Virus record (IMG/VR): IMGVR_UViG_3300043391_000675
Span: 1-64,000 of that record
Direction: 5' to 3' (one strand)
Length of the DNA: 64,000 nucleotides
Origin: a virus
Lineage: Duplodnaviria > Caudoviricetes
In this document: piece by piece, positions 25,830 through 35,814 of the stretch
Layout: every line of letters starts with the position of its first letter
Position numbering within the stretch: position 1 is the stretch's first letter
Notes under the pieces: generated by a model
What the model saw: only the letters and a program-made list of their open reading frames with translations
Database searches by the model: none
What the model was told of the DNA's origin: nothing
Translations under genes and position numbers: made by a program

Positions 25830-27893
25830 TTACTTTTTCTCCTTAATAAATAAATCAGCATTCATAACCTTTGTCCATGCTGAAACAAAATCATTTACAA
25901 ACTTTTCTTTAGCATCATCTGATGCATATACTTCTGCAATCGCTCTAAGCTCTGAGTTAGATGCAAGAATTAGATCTACACGAGGAATGTTTACTGCCTG
26001 GCTTGCATTGGTATATGAAAGTAATTCAACTAAATAGCTATTGTCTAGCTTATCTTTAGCTAATGTTCTTAGACCAGATAACAGTACAACTAATTCTACT
26101 GGAGTTAAGCCTAGAAGATTAGCTTTTTCTACTAGTAGTACCTCTTCTGGCTCTGTAATGCTCCAATGAACATAGTTACGGAAAGGATCAAACTTTGGTT
26201 CAAGAACTGCAAATGATTCAACATCTGTCTGCTCTTGCGTTGCATCTCCACGCATAAACTTTGCAGTGATATCAGCACCAAATCCAGAATTCTTAGCACC
26301 AATTCCGACACCAACGCTTCCAGCAAACACAATTAGATCTGCTAGAGATACGTTGAAGTCTGCCTTAATACTATTTAAAACAGAAACTACTCTGTTAATA
26401 GCTTCATGGTCATTTACTTCCCATGTATTCTGTGGAGCAAGAACAATTCTTGCACCATTAGCTCCACCACGCTTGTCTGTCTTGCGGAATGTTGATGCAG
26501 ATGCCCAAGCAGTTGCAACTAAATCAGAAACAGAAAGCCCAGATTCAATAATTCTTTCCTTAATGATATCTACTTCCTCTTGTACCAATGTAGTTCTTGT
26601 TACATTTCCAACTGGATCCTGCCAGATTAATACTTCAGAAGGAACTTCCTTACCAAGGTATCTTGAAATAGGACCCATGTCTCTGTGTGTTAATTTAAAC
26701 CATGCACGAGCAAAGACATCTGAGAAGTAATCAAAGTCTTCAAGGAATCTTCGTGAAATTTTTTCATACTCTGGATCAAATCTCATTGCAAGGTCTGCTG
26801 TTGTCATTACTGGAGCGTGAAACTTTCCTTCAATGTGTGCATCTGGAACTAAATTAGCAGCAGACTCATCTGAAGGAATCCATTGCGTTGCGCCAGCAGG
26901 TGATTTGGTTTGCTTCCAATCATACTTAAACAATAGCTTAAGGTATGAGTTATCCCACTTAGTAGGAGTTGCAGTCCATGCACCTTCAATACCACTTGTT
27001 ATTGTGTCTTCTGCATTTCCCTTGCCAAAAGAGCTCTTCCATCCGAGACCAAGCTCTTCAATAGGAGCAGCCTCTGGGTTTGGACCAACATGTGAAGGAT
27101 CTCCAGCGCCATGTGCCTTACCAAATGCGTGTCCACCTGCAATAAGTGCAACAGTCTCTTCATCATTCATTGCCATACGAGCAAAGGTTTCACGAATATC
27201 TCGTGCAGAAAGAACTGGATCGGGGTTTCCGTTAGGTCCTTGAGGGTTTACATAAATCAAACCCATCTGTACAGCAGCAAGGGGATTTTCTAATTCACGG
27301 TCTCCGCTATAGCGGTTATCTGCAAGCCATTCTTTTTCTGCACCCCAGTATGTGTCATCTGATTCCCAAACATCTGCACGTCCACCAGCAAAACCAAATG
27401 TCTTAAATCCCATGTTTTCAAGAGATACATTGCCTGCAAGAATCATTAGGTCTGCCCATGAAATCTTCTTGCCATACTTCTGCTTAATAGGCCATAATAG
27501 TCTGCGAGCCTTGTCTAAGTTACCATTATCTGGCCACGAGTTTTGTGGAGCAAATCTGTGCAGACCTTCTCCAGCACCACCACGTCCATCAGTTGTTCTG
27601 TATGTACCAGCAGAGTGCCACGCCATGCGAATAAAGAAAGGACCATAGTTTCCGTAATCTGCAGGCCACCAATCTTGCGAGGTAGTTAAAAGAGTATTGA
27701 TATCATCTTTTACAGCATCAAGGTCTAAACTATTAAACTCTGTAGCATAGTCAAAATCATCTGACATGGGGTCAGACTTTTCTGAATGATTTCGCAATCC
27801 TGATAGATCTAGTCTGTTAGGCCACCAATCTTTGTTCGTATTGTTTTCTGTAGAATGTGCTCTACCTGTTACTGGACATCTTTCTTCGCTCAT
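25830..27893 (-). CDS. katG: Catalase-peroxidase KatG
   Basis: [11 protein letters not shown] distal motif, GLIYVNP (adduct Tyr), MAMND (adduct Met), GGHAFGK proximal His, GGANGARI. Confidence 0.96.
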   Translation of the reverse strand: MSEERCPVTGRAHSTENNTNKDWWPNRLDLSGLRNHSEKSDPMSDDFDYATEFNSLDLDAVKDDINTLLTTSQDWWPADYGNYGPFFIRMAWHSAGTYRTTDGRGGAGEGLHRFAPQNSWPDNGNLDKARRLLWPIKQKYGKKISWADLMILAGNVSLENMGFKTFGFAGGRADVWESDDTYWGAEKEWLADNRYSGDRELENPLAAVQMGLIYVNPQGPNGNPDPVLSARDIRETFARMAMNDEETVALIAGGHAFGKAHGAGDPSHVGPNPEAAPIEELGLGWKSSFGKGNAEDTITSGIEGAWTATPTKWDNSYLKLLFKYDWKQTKSPAGATQWIPSDESAANLVPDAHIEGKFHAPVMTTADLAMRFDPEYEKISRRFLEDFDYFSDVFARAWFKLTHRDMGPISRYLGKEVPSEVLIWQDPVGNVTRTTLVQEEVDIIKERIIESGLSVSDLVATAWASASTFRKTDKRGGANGARIVLAPQNTWEVNDHEAINRVVSVLNSIKADFNVSLADLIVFAGSVGVGIGAKNSGFGADITAKFMRGDATQEQTDVESFAVLEPKFDPFRNYVHWSITEPEEVLLVEKANLLGLTPVELVVLLSGLRTLAKDKLDNSYLVELLSYTNASQAVNIPRVDLILASNSELRAIAEVYASDDAKEKFVNDFVSAWTKVMNADLFIKEKK

Positions 27894-27931
27894 TTTTTCT
27901 CCTATTTTATAAGTGATGATATTTCATATCG

Positions 27932-28003
27932 CACCCCTGGCTGGATTCGAACCAGCGGCCAACAGATTAGAAGTCTGTTGCTCTTCCTCTGAGCTACAGA
28001 GGT
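27932..28003 (-). tRNA. tRNA-Arg(TCT)
   Basis: Cloverleaf; loop CT-TCT-AA; GGTTCGAATCC. Confidence 0.93.
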
Positions 28004-28020
28004 ATAGCTAAAGTATACTA

Positions 28021-28350
28021 TTAAAAATCAAAATCTTCAATATCTTCTAAAGGAATTATTCCTTTTCTTTTAGCGATATCAAATCCTTCTCTGGTAAAAT
28101 GATAAGTAGCTTTTAGCTCCTCATCATACTCTACCTGCATTAAATCATTATTAACTAAATCTATTAATTCAGACTCTATGTAATCTTCATGAGCCTGCCA
28201 TAAATCTGGAGCAAGTAATGGGGTAACATCTTCATTTAGCTCAAAGATAGCTTCTCCATCTTTTGTAAAGCCCGCAACTCTTATTGCACCAATATCTAGA
28301 TAATGTTGAATTTTTAACATTATCTCTTCTTCATCATAATCTTCAAACAT
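28021..28350 (-). CDS. Acidic hypothetical protein
   Basis: ORF track. Confidence 0.7.
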   Translation of the reverse strand: MFEDYDEEEIMLKIQHYLDIGAIRVAGFTKDGEAIFELNEDVTPLLAPDLWQAHEDYIESELIDLVNNDLMQVEYDEELKATYHFTREGFDIAKRKGIIPLEDIEDFDF

Positions 28351-28362
28351 ATTACCCCCTTG

Positions 28363-28436
28363 TGCAACAAGTAGGACTTGAACCTACGATTACCGAATTA
28401 TGAGTTCGGGGCTTTAACCAACTAAGCTACTGTTGC
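28363..28436 (-). tRNA. tRNA-CAT (elongator Met or lysidine Ile2)
   Basis: Loop CT-CAT-AA; paired 1:72 and no GGG/CCC anticodon stem, so not initiator. Confidence 0.88.
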
Positions 28437-28445
28437 CTAGTTGAA

Positions 28446-28694
28446 TTATAGTATTTTACTATCAGTTTTGTCAATAGATTGCTCAACTATCTGCTGAACA
28501 TACTCTGAAAAATGCTTTCTAATGCTTCCTGGAGGCCTATGCCCAATGTCAGACCACACTCTTCTATACTCATGAATGTTATCAAATGTAGTTGGGCAGA
28601 TTAGAATACCATTGTATTCTTTTAATCTTGTAGGAAGCGGAACATGCTTGCTGCAGCATTTACACTCCTTAGCTTTTTCTTGATATATACTCAT
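28446..28694 (-). CDS. Hypothetical protein
   Basis: ORF track. Confidence 0.65.
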   Translation of the reverse strand: MSIYQEKAKECKCCSKHVPLPTRLKEYNGILICPTTFDNIHEYRRVWSDIGHRPPGSIRKHFSEYVQQIVEQSIDKTDSKIL

Positions 28695-30481
28695 ACTATT
28701 TCCATTCCACTTAATGCATCAGAAAGATCTCTTGGCATTTGAGAAGGTGCTCTAATTAGATTAGGGGCATCTGCTGCTAAAGATTCTCTATACTGTTTCT
28801 TAACAGATGAATAATCATGAACCTCTATATCTCCAAATGCCGCCCTAGTTAAACTAATTGCATTATAGATAGACCCACAAACTGCGTCAGCTAAGTCCTT
28901 AGAACCCTTTCTAGGGTGGTCTACCTTATCTCTCATAATTCTTAGCTCTAGCAATTCGTCAACAAGCAACGGTATGTGTGGGCCATTTAACCTTTCTTCC
29001 AACACAACCATAGCCATGTCGTCATAATGTTTTTTAGATACAGATAAAGTTTCTGTATTAATTCCATACTGCTTTAGCTGCTGCATCATATCATGAGAGT
29101 TCCATCTGTCAAATGTACATATCTTGATATTAAAACCTCTTGACCTTAAAGACAATATGTAATCTCTAACTTCACCAAAGTCTACAGACTTATCTGAAGT
29201 AGGAGTCCAATACATTACAGCATCTACCTTAACAATTGGCGCTGGCTGTGAGTATGTGTCAGTAACCTTTACGCTAACAAACTTTTCAATATGCGCCATA
29301 GAAACCGCACAGTGGTCATGCTTTTGAGCTAAGTCTACGTGGATGTAATAATCTGTTTCTTCTTTTGGATTAAACCATTCTTCAAATCTTCCAAACCCAT
29401 CTACAGCTAATGATAAATCATTAAATGCCATCTCAATTTTTTCACGTGATTTAAAGAAAGCATCTATTGCTTCTGGCGGCATGCAAGCAAATCTTCCCAG
29501 AGCGTCCGTAACATCTCGGTAGAAAGCAATCTTAAAATCCTCAATACTTCTAGTTGGATTTACTTCCCAGGTTGGCCTGCGAATAGCATAAACTCTAGGA
29601 AACTTGTAGGAAACTATATGGTCTTCATCCCAGAATATTTCAAACTCGTTTCCAACTGTATGATCTGGTAAATCTGGATCTAATTTAAATTTGTGTGACC
29701 TAGAAATAATTTCTTTTTCAGATATAATCTCATCATATCTTTGTTGAATATAATCATTTTTAAATCTTGGAAAAGAAAGAAGTATTACTTTTCCATAATC
29801 TGGGAAACGAGAGTCTACGGATGCCCTGTACATATCATATATTCCGCTAGCAGTTTTTGCCTGATCATGTCCGCTTGTATTGTCTAAAGCAAAGCCAGAG
29901 ATTTCATCGAGTACCGCAACAAGAACGTTATAACCTTCAAATGCTTCTCTTTCTGAGTGGCCAGAGTATACCGTTACATTCTTATCAAATTTAATTTCAG
30001 ATGCCTTCTCAAAGTATCTGCCAGCAAACCATGGTGAGTGTGTTACTCTATTTTTAAATCCTTTAAAGAAAACGTTGTTCGCCTGCTGAGCGTTAATAGC
30101 AATGTTAATAATATCTATTGAATCACCTGGTGGCTTACCGTAATATGACGCTGGGTCTTTTAAGCATAATAGTAAATAAACTATATAAGCCACAGATATA
30201 GTAGAGCAATAATCTTTACCGCTGCCCTTGCCAAGCTGTGCAACAACTTCGTTGCAGGTCTGCCTGTATCTAAGAGATCCTTCTTCTTCACCAAATAGCT
30301 TGATTAAAGTTGACTCTTTATATATCTGAGATGATTTTTCTATAAGCGTGTACTGGTGTTCAGATAAGTCTGGTAGCCCTAAGTATTTTTTGTCTGTCAC
30401 AAAAGTTCTAAGGTCTACTGGTCTTTCATCAAACTCTTCGCCATCGAGGATGTCAATGAGATCATTAAAATTAAACTCCAC
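28691..30481 (-). CDS. terL: Terminase large subunit
   Basis: GKGSGKD Walker A, VLDE Walker B, HVDLA and KDLADA RNase H-like nuclease motifs. Confidence 0.92.
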   Translation of the reverse strand: MEFNFNDLIDILDGEEFDERPVDLRTFVTDKKYLGLPDLSEHQYTLIEKSSQIYKESTLIKLFGEEEGSLRYRQTCNEVVAQLGKGSGKDYCSTISVAYIVYLLLCLKDPASYYGKPPGDSIDIINIAINAQQANNVFFKGFKNRVTHSPWFAGRYFEKASEIKFDKNVTVYSGHSEREAFEGYNVLVAVLDEISGFALDNTSGHDQAKTASGIYDMYRASVDSRFPDYGKVILLSFPRFKNDYIQQRYDEIISEKEIISRSHKFKLDPDLPDHTVGNEFEIFWDEDHIVSYKFPRVYAIRRPTWEVNPTRSIEDFKIAFYRDVTDALGRFACMPPEAIDAFFKSREKIEMAFNDLSLAVDGFGRFEEWFNPKEETDYYIHVDLAQKHDHCAVSMAHIEKFVSVKVTDTYSQPAPIVKVDAVMYWTPTSDKSVDFGEVRDYILSLRSRGFNIKICTFDRWNSHDMMQQLKQYGINTETLSVSKKHYDDMAMVVLEERLNGPHIPLLVDELLELRIMRDKVDHPRKGSKDLADAVCGSIYNAISLTRAAFGDIEVHDYSSVKKQYRESLAADAPNLIRAPSQMPRDLSDALSGMEIV

Positions 30482-31007
30482 TTACTTCCTCAATAATCTC
30501 TATAGGCTCAACAATTCCAGTAATTTGAGACAAACGCTTAGCAACTTCCATCTTACACTTTGGGCAAGACGCAGTTACTTCTTTTAAAATTCTTACTATT
30601 ACTTCTTGCTTTCTTTCTGACTCTGCAATCTGCCCCGCAAGTTCTGCGTTATCAAGCAGTCCAACTTCTTGAAGCATGCCAATTCTTTTTCCTTCAATAT
30701 CAGCAATTAGTTTTAGCGCTCCAGATTTAACGCTAAGCTGTCCAGCTTGATCTGCATCCTCAACTGTTTTCCAAGCTTCTTTAATAAGCATTGCGTAGTG
30801 TTGATCTGCTCCAGAGATAGCCTCCTTAGCACGTTCACGGGCTGATGTGTCGTTGTGGACTACATTTTTCCACTCATCGATCAGGTCAATAACATCTGCC
30901 CTCTTAATGCCTGTTAGGGTAGCAATCTGGGTAGGGTTGTTTCCCCTAAGTAGTTCTTCAACTACTTTATTCATGCGATCAAAGTGATCAGCTAATTCAA
31001 TTTCCAT
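30471..31007 (-). CDS. Probable terminase small subunit
   Basis: N-terminal HTH, helical body, directly upstream of and overlapping terL. Confidence 0.6.
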   Translation of the reverse strand: MEIELADHFDRMNKVVEELLRGNNPTQIATLTGIKRADVIDLIDEWKNVVHNDTSARERAKEAISGADQHYAMLIKEAWKTVEDADQAGQLSVKSGALKLIADIEGKRIGMLQEVGLLDNAELAGQIAESERKQEVIVRILKEVTASCPKCKMEVAKRLSQITGIVEPIEIIEEVSGV

Positions 31008-31024
31008 ATGACTTTATTATACTT

Positions 31025-31366
31025 CTAGTCGACTGAAATAGCAAATTCTTTAGCAACTTTTAGCAATATTAGATATCCAATTAGATCATCAATATCATTA
31101 TCTCCTGGGTATTCTTCACCCTTAATAAGTCTATTTAGTTTATCATCAATTCTAACGTATAGTTGCTCTTTTGGTCCCGCCTTTGAAAATATACGAACTG
31201 GATCTAGAGCTGAGTTTCCATATGATATATTCTTTTTAATTAGCATGTGAGCAATATCAAGGCAGGTTGTTAAAATTTCATGCCCTGCTTCAGTTCCAAC
31301 TGTAAGCAAATAAAGGTCATCATATCTAAATTCTTTTGAGTCTTCAAAAATTGGCTTTAGCTTCAT
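31025..31366 (-). CDS. DUF1599 / nucleotide-modification-associated domain 1-like protein
   Basis: KKNISYGNS...VRIDDKLNR...DDLIGY. Confidence 0.7.
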   Translation of the reverse strand: MKLKPIFEDSKEFRYDDLYLLTVGTEAGHEILTTCLDIAHMLIKKNISYGNSALDPVRIFSKAGPKEQLYVRIDDKLNRLIKGEEYPGDNDIDDLIGYLILLKVAKEFAISVD

Positions 31367-31503
31367 TTAATTAAACCTTTTTCTTTTAGTGCTCTATATA
31401 TGGTCATAACGGTTACGCCACATTCGCTAGCAATTTCTTCCATGCTTTTTCTTTGGATAACATATCTTCTATGTAGCCAGTCTTTATTCTTGTACAATTT
31501 CAC
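31363..31503 (-). CDS. 46-aa HTH protein, not in ORF track
   Basis: MKLYKNKDWLHRRYVIQRKSMEEIASECGVTVMTIYRAL... Confidence 0.7.
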   Translation of the reverse strand: MKLYKNKDWLHRRYVIQRKSMEEIASECGVTVMTIYRALKEKGLIK

Positions 31504-32066
31504 CTCTTTGTCAACACTTCATTTGCGTAATGGGCGATACCAAAACTATCTGCGACGTCAAAATCAATTACATTTAATCCATACTTCTTGTTAAAATAAT
31601 CAACAGTTCTTTGCTTTCTCATGTTACGCAATTTGTTTTTATACCATGAGTCTGCGTATCCTGGGTTTAACAATCTTATTGCTTCCTTCTCATCTTTGGT
31701 TGGATTCTTGTTTCCTATATGTGCCTGCCAAGAGCTGGGGGATATAGTTATGACAGAGGCACCAGTAGACATAAGCTCGGCAATCACAACACCATAGACA
31801 TATGACAATTTTATCACAGCATCTGGTGATCTGACAAGTATGGCCCCTTCAACTGCTATATAGTCTGATTTAAGCTCATCAAGCATGAGGGCTGTTTTTA
31901 CTTTAGCATCGTATATCTTTTCATATATATCATTGCCGAGTATGATTATCTTGCCCCACTTTATTGGCTTGTTGTTTTCCATTAGACAGAATGCAACAGA
32001 AGATGTTGAGGCATCTATGCCCAGCACCCTACTGGCTTTAGTCTTGGCTAATTTGGCCAGAGTCAT
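31500..32066 (-). CDS. ruvC: RuvC-like Holliday junction resolvase
   Basis: LGIDAS, AVE, DVADS acidic triad. Confidence 0.82.
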   Translation of the reverse strand: MTLAKLAKTKASRVLGIDASTSSVAFCLMENNKPIKWGKIIILGNDIYEKIYDAKVKTALMLDELKSDYIAVEGAILVRSPDAVIKLSYVYGVVIAELMSTGASVITISPSSWQAHIGNKNPTKDEKEAIRLLNPGYADSWYKNKLRNMRKQRTVDYFNKKYGLNVIDFDVADSFGIAHYANEVLTKR

Positions 32067-32337
32067 TTAGCATCCTTAATACTTTTTCTTTATCTGAAGT
32101 TGATATGCTTTTATCACACTTAGCACATATAGTTGAGGTATTGTATCTACTTAAACTAGAGTTGCACTTTTTACAGTGTCTTTTTTGTCCAGATCGTATA
32201 GCTTTTTTCTCGTAATACTTTTCCATAATCTTTTTATTAGTTGCAACTCTGCAGCATTCATCGCAGCAATATTTTTGATTATGAGTTTTTGGCTCAAAGT
32301 TCTTATCGTTGAGGCAATCTGAATTAGCACAAATCAC
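32038..32337 (-). CDS. Multi-Cys zinc-finger protein
   Basis: CxxxxC, YCCDEC, CKKC, CAKC. Confidence 0.7.
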   Translation of the reverse strand: MICANSDCLNDKNFEPKTHNQKYCCDECCRVATNKKIMEKYYEKKAIRSGQKRHCKKCNSSLSRYNTSTICAKCDKSISTSDKEKVLRMLNDSGQISQD

Positions 32338-33125
32338 AGCACTGGCACCTGGAATCTTTCTATCTGAACTGTTCCAGTAGGTGTTTCTTTAGAGTAGCAC
32401 TCTTTTTTAATTGGGCAGTAGGTGCAGGGCATCTTTGTTTTTGTGGCACCTGCTGGCTTCATTGGAAGGTCCCCATCTTTAAAGTTATCCCAAACTTCTC
32501 TCATCCAGATAAATGTATCTTCAATAATCTTCTTATTTTTATCGTTCATTACAACTGGAATGATAAGAATCTCTTGAGTATTTTTATTCTCATAAAGGAA
32601 GAAGCCTTCTTTAGCATCCTTAAGCTTCATATATGTTAAAAGCTGAAGCAAATGGTTTGCTGAAGGGCTCATCTCTGCCTGCCTTGCATCCCAAACTTCT
32701 TGCTTTGCAGTTTTGATTTCTCCAATTACAGTCTCATCATCATACTTCATGATAATGTCTATAAATCCACGGATTGGAGGGTACTCGTTAATAATTTCTT
32801 CTTCTTCTGCAACCCATTGAGGCATTGTTTTAATTAGATTCTGTAGCCTTTCATGCGCTTGTGTTCCTTGTGCCATGTTTGCAACTGCAACAGCATCATT
32901 GTTATCAATAAATACTGCTCCTGAAAACGCCATGTACCAATATCTTGGGCAGGTTCCATGACCATATCCAAGCGAGCTTGGGCTAAATGATTTCTTTGTC
33001 ATTTCTCCATCAGCTCTTTTGGTATTCCTGTAGGACTCATCAAGCATTTCTGCAAAGCCTTCGGGGTCAAAGAACTTCCCTGTGTGCTTTTTAAACTTTA
33101 AGTTCTTTACTATATTTCTTCCCAT
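32334..33125 (-). CDS. Cas4/RecB-like PD-(D/E)xK exonuclease
   Basis: CPR, GTxxH, GFID, GEIKT, QxxxY, CTYCPxKKEC. Confidence 0.85.
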   Translation of the reverse strand: MGRNIVKNLKFKKHTGKFFDPEGFAEMLDESYRNTKRADGEMTKKSFSPSSLGYGHGTCPRYWYMAFSGAVFIDNNDAVAVANMAQGTQAHERLQNLIKTMPQWVAEEEEIINEYPPIRGFIDIIMKYDDETVIGEIKTAKQEVWDARQAEMSPSANHLLQLLTYMKLKDAKEGFFLYENKNTQEILIIPVVMNDKNKKIIEDTFIWMREVWDNFKDGDLPMKPAGATKTKMPCTYCPIKKECYSKETPTGTVQIERFQVPVL

Positions 33126-33463
33126 TACAAATTATACCTAACGACATACTTAAGTGCATCTACAAGTTTGTCTATGGACTCCTTTGCTGAATAGTAAATA
33201 TTCTTCTTATTGTTATTAGCCGTTCCAGCTTTGTCTTTTGCTATTGTTGAATAGTAAGAAGCCATCATGGCAAACTTAGTGGACATGGCCTGAAGCTCAA
33301 TAATAAGTTGTGGTGCTTTAGCAGCAGGAACATCTGGGTTCAATAAAAGCTTTACTATAACAGCCAATGCTCTATCCAACTGAGCATCATTCATATACTC
33401 ATGCAGATCATTAAACTCAGTTATAGAGTTAATCAATTCTAGAGTGTTTTTATCCTCTGTCAT
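33125..33463 (-). CDS. Helical hypothetical protein
   Basis: Start moved to MTEDKN at 33463 (SD upstream). Confidence 0.7.
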   Translation of the reverse strand: MTEDKNTLELINSITEFNDLHEYMNDAQLDRALAVIVKLLLNPDVPAAKAPQLIIELQAMSTKFAMMASYYSTIAKDKAGTANNNKKNIYYSAKESIDKLVDALKYVVRYNL

Positions 33464-33554
33464 TTTTAATTTTCCTATCCCACTTGTCTGCAAATAAGCC
33501 CATGCCATACCCAAATACAATACCCACCATTAAACCCATTAAAAAAAATGTCAT
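33450..33554 (-). CDS. 34-aa single-TM protein, not in ORF track
   Basis: MTFFLMGLMVGIVFGYGMGLFADKWDRKIKNDRG. Confidence 0.55.
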   Translation of the reverse strand: MTFFLMGLMVGIVFGYGMGLFADKWDRKIKNDRG

Positions 33555-33709
33555 TAAATAATCCTTTGAACTATTCCATACCCTAGCCATAGGCCAAAGA
33601 TTCCCATCAATCCAGAAAATACTGGAGGGGCAGGGATAGGTAATTTAAACAAACTAAATATCCCTCCTACGCCAACACCAACCAGTGTTGTAAGAAATAT
33701 CTCTTTCAT
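33554..33709 (-). CDS. XapX/DUF1427-like membrane protein, not in ORF track
   Basis: LPIPAPPVFSGLMGIFGLWLG signature. Confidence 0.75.
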   Translation of the reverse strand: MKEIFLTTLVGVGVGGIFSLFKLPIPAPPVFSGLMGIFGLWLGYGIVQRII

Positions 33710-34101
33710 TAAAAGGGAACCTCTGCGTATGTCTTATATGATGGGAAATCGTTATTGCTTGGTGCCTTATCCTTAGATAAAGTGTATGCTGTTACAGAGA
33801 TTGAGTCAGCGTTAATCTCGTATGAAGTTCTCTTTGCGCCTTCTTTATCTGTCCAGCTTTCCTCATAAATTTTTCCTACAATAATAACTTCCATGCCTTT
33901 TTTAATTACAGCTTTTGATTGTTCTGCAAGTGTGCGCCAGGCTTTGATTGTCCACCAAGAAGTGTTCTTATCTTCCCACTCTCCAGTAGTATCATTCTTA
34001 ACACGATCATTTGTTGCAACCCTAAAACGAAGACCATTTGATCCTACAGTTTCTGGTTCACTACCAACTCTGCCTACGATTGTAATCATTGGATTAGCCA
34101 T
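33709..34101 (-). CDS. ssb: Single-stranded DNA-binding protein (OB fold)
   Basis: ITIVGRVG, W.LAE...KKGMEVIIVGKI, acidic PF tail. Confidence 0.9.
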   Translation of the reverse strand: MANPMITIVGRVGSEPETVGSNGLRFRVATNDRVKNDTTGEWEDKNTSWWTIKAWRTLAEQSKAVIKKGMEVIIVGKIYEESWTDKEGAKRTSYEINADSISVTAYTLSKDKAPSNNDFPSYKTYAEVPF

Positions 34102-34402
34102 TTTTATTTTCCTCCCAAAATGCAATCAGCTCTTCTAGAACTGACCACTCTATGATTCCAAGACGAACCTTGGAATCCTCACCGATAATAATTTTAAGTG
34201 CTGGATGCATATCCCTGCTTACCTTAAAAGTATCTGTACATATTTTAGCCCATACATCTTTATTTAAATTAAATGATGAATTAGACTCCTTGTAATCCAC
34301 TACAAAGCTTTTCCATTTTGCATCACCTTTTTGATAAGCGCCTCTGCCACTATTTTTTTGTGCCTTGGCGCCATCTCTTTTTACTTCTGCTCTTTCAGAC
34401 AT
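34094..34402 (-). CDS. Hypothetical protein, possible PD-(D/E)xK fold
   Basis: GDA...VVDYKE motif. Confidence 0.6.
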   Translation of the reverse strand: MSERAEVKRDGAKAQKNSGRGAYQKGDAKWKSFVVDYKESNSSFNLNKDVWAKICTDTFKVSRDMHPALKIIIGEDSKVRLGIIEWSVLEELIAFWEENKNG

Positions 34403-34596
34403 CAGTTTAGCTTGTACTTTGTTTCATGCCCATCTGGGCATTTCCAGTACATTTCTAGACTTACTTCATCAAAATTATAAGAAGGAGAAGACAGATTGCA
34501 TTTACTGCATGGCCTTTCCTGATCTATTACTTTAACGTTGCTATTGTGATTAACTTCAGGTTTAGAAGTAAAAAATTCATTAATTTTTGGCATCAA
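34402..34596 (-). CDS. Small zinc-binding protein
   Basis: CSKC...CPDGH. Confidence 0.6.
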   Translation of the reverse strand: MMPKINEFFTSKPEVNHNSNVKVIDQERPCSKCNLSSPSYNFDEVSLEMYWKCPDGHETKYKLN

Positions 34597-35584
34597 TTTC
34601 TTTCCTTATATCTTCAAGCACTTCTTTATTGTCACGTAAGTACTGTACAGCCTTTGCACGTCCCTGGATTCTTTCTTTATTAATTGTATACCAAGCTCCG
34701 CCCTTTTCAATAGCTCCGCACATCTCTGCAACGTCTAGCGTTTCTCCAACATAATCTATACCGAGAGCTTCCCCTTGGTAGTAAAAGTCGTATTGTCCTG
34801 ATAAATTTGGGGGACCGACCTTGTTGTAATCAATAATCCAATTGACTGGCCTGCCAACTCTTTGTTCAATAATCTTGTCGCCAACTTTAATACCTGCTTT
34901 AATAGCGTTAGCTTCGGCTTCCGAAGACCATAGCTTGACAACGGTAGAGGAGAAGAACTTAACTGCCATTCCGCCCGTGGGTATGTGGCTAGCATGCATA
35001 GATCCAAACTGGTTTCTTTGTTGTGAAATGAGAACAAGTAATGTATTTTTGTTTGCATAATTTAACATTTTGACTGCGTGGGTCATATCCTTTGCTTCTG
35101 CGCCGATCTGCTTAGTGTCTTGCAAATCTTTCATTTCGTTTCCGTCTTTTTCAAAGTAAATTGCTGGAAGCAATGCTGAAATAGAATCAACTACTATTAG
35201 ATCTACTCCTGCTTCCATAAGCTTTGTTGCAACATCAACCATATCGTTAATGGTTTTAGCTGGTGAATAGATTAGCTCTTTTGAGTTAACCCCAAGCTTT
35301 TCTGCCCACTGAGGATCATAGGAATGCTCAGCATCTATCCAAGCACAAGTCTTTCCTTCTTTTTGGGCAAGTGCTATCATCTGCAAACAAAAAGAAGATT
35401 TTCCAGCAGACTTATTTCCCCATACAAGTATCTGTCTACCGTAAGCAAATCCGCCATTTAGCGCAAGGTTTAAACCGATGCTTGGTGTTGGCTGCTTATG
35501 TATTTGAATATCAACGGCCGATTGAACCCTGGCTCTTGTTTTAGGATCTAGCTTTGCTAAAATATCATCTAATTGAATGTCCAT
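34580..35584 (-). CDS. recA: RecA-like recombinase
   Basis: GNKSAGKS, WIDAEH, VVDSISAL, ISQxR, GGMAVKFFS, KGGAWY. Confidence 0.92.
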   Translation of the reverse strand: MDIQLDDILAKLDPKTRARVQSAVDIQIHKQPTPSIGLNLALNGGFAYGRQILVWGNKSAGKSSFCLQMIALAQKEGKTCAWIDAEHSYDPQWAEKLGVNSKELIYSPAKTINDMVDVATKLMEAGVDLIVVDSISALLPAIYFEKDGNEMKDLQDTKQIGAEAKDMTHAVKMLNYANKNTLLVLISQQRNQFGSMHASHIPTGGMAVKFFSSTVVKLWSSEAEANAIKAGIKVGDKIIEQRVGRPVNWIIDYNKVGPPNLSGQYDFYYQGEALGIDYVGETLDVAEMCGAIEKGGAWYTINKERIQGRAKAVQYLRDNKEVLEDIRKEIDAKN

Positions 35585-35589
35585 GCTAA

Positions 35590-35814
35590 TTAATTGTTAG
35601 CCAATTCTTCATCAGAATCTGCAGGCTTTGCCTCTAGCTTAAACTCAAATGATCTAGACTCGTCATTGTAAGAAACTGAAAGCTGAGTGTCTTTATCATT
35701 AGACTTAATAAAATCTTCTGTTGGTATCTCAATTGATCCAATTTTATTTAGAATTGCAACTAACACTCTAGATGCGTTCATTGTCTTAAAAATATCTTCT
35801 GTGCTATCTGTCAT
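35590..35814 (-). CDS. Hypothetical protein
   Basis: ORF track. Confidence 0.65.
   Translation of the reverse strand: MTDSTEDIFKTMNASRVLVAILNKIGSIEIPTEDFIKSNDKDTQLSVSYNDESRSFEFKLEAKPADSDEELANN

Noticed and set aside
32334-33125. Cas4-like gene as evidence of a CRISPR system
   Set aside because: There is no repeat-spacer array and no other cas gene. Solo Cas4-like exonucleases are common in phage recombination modules.
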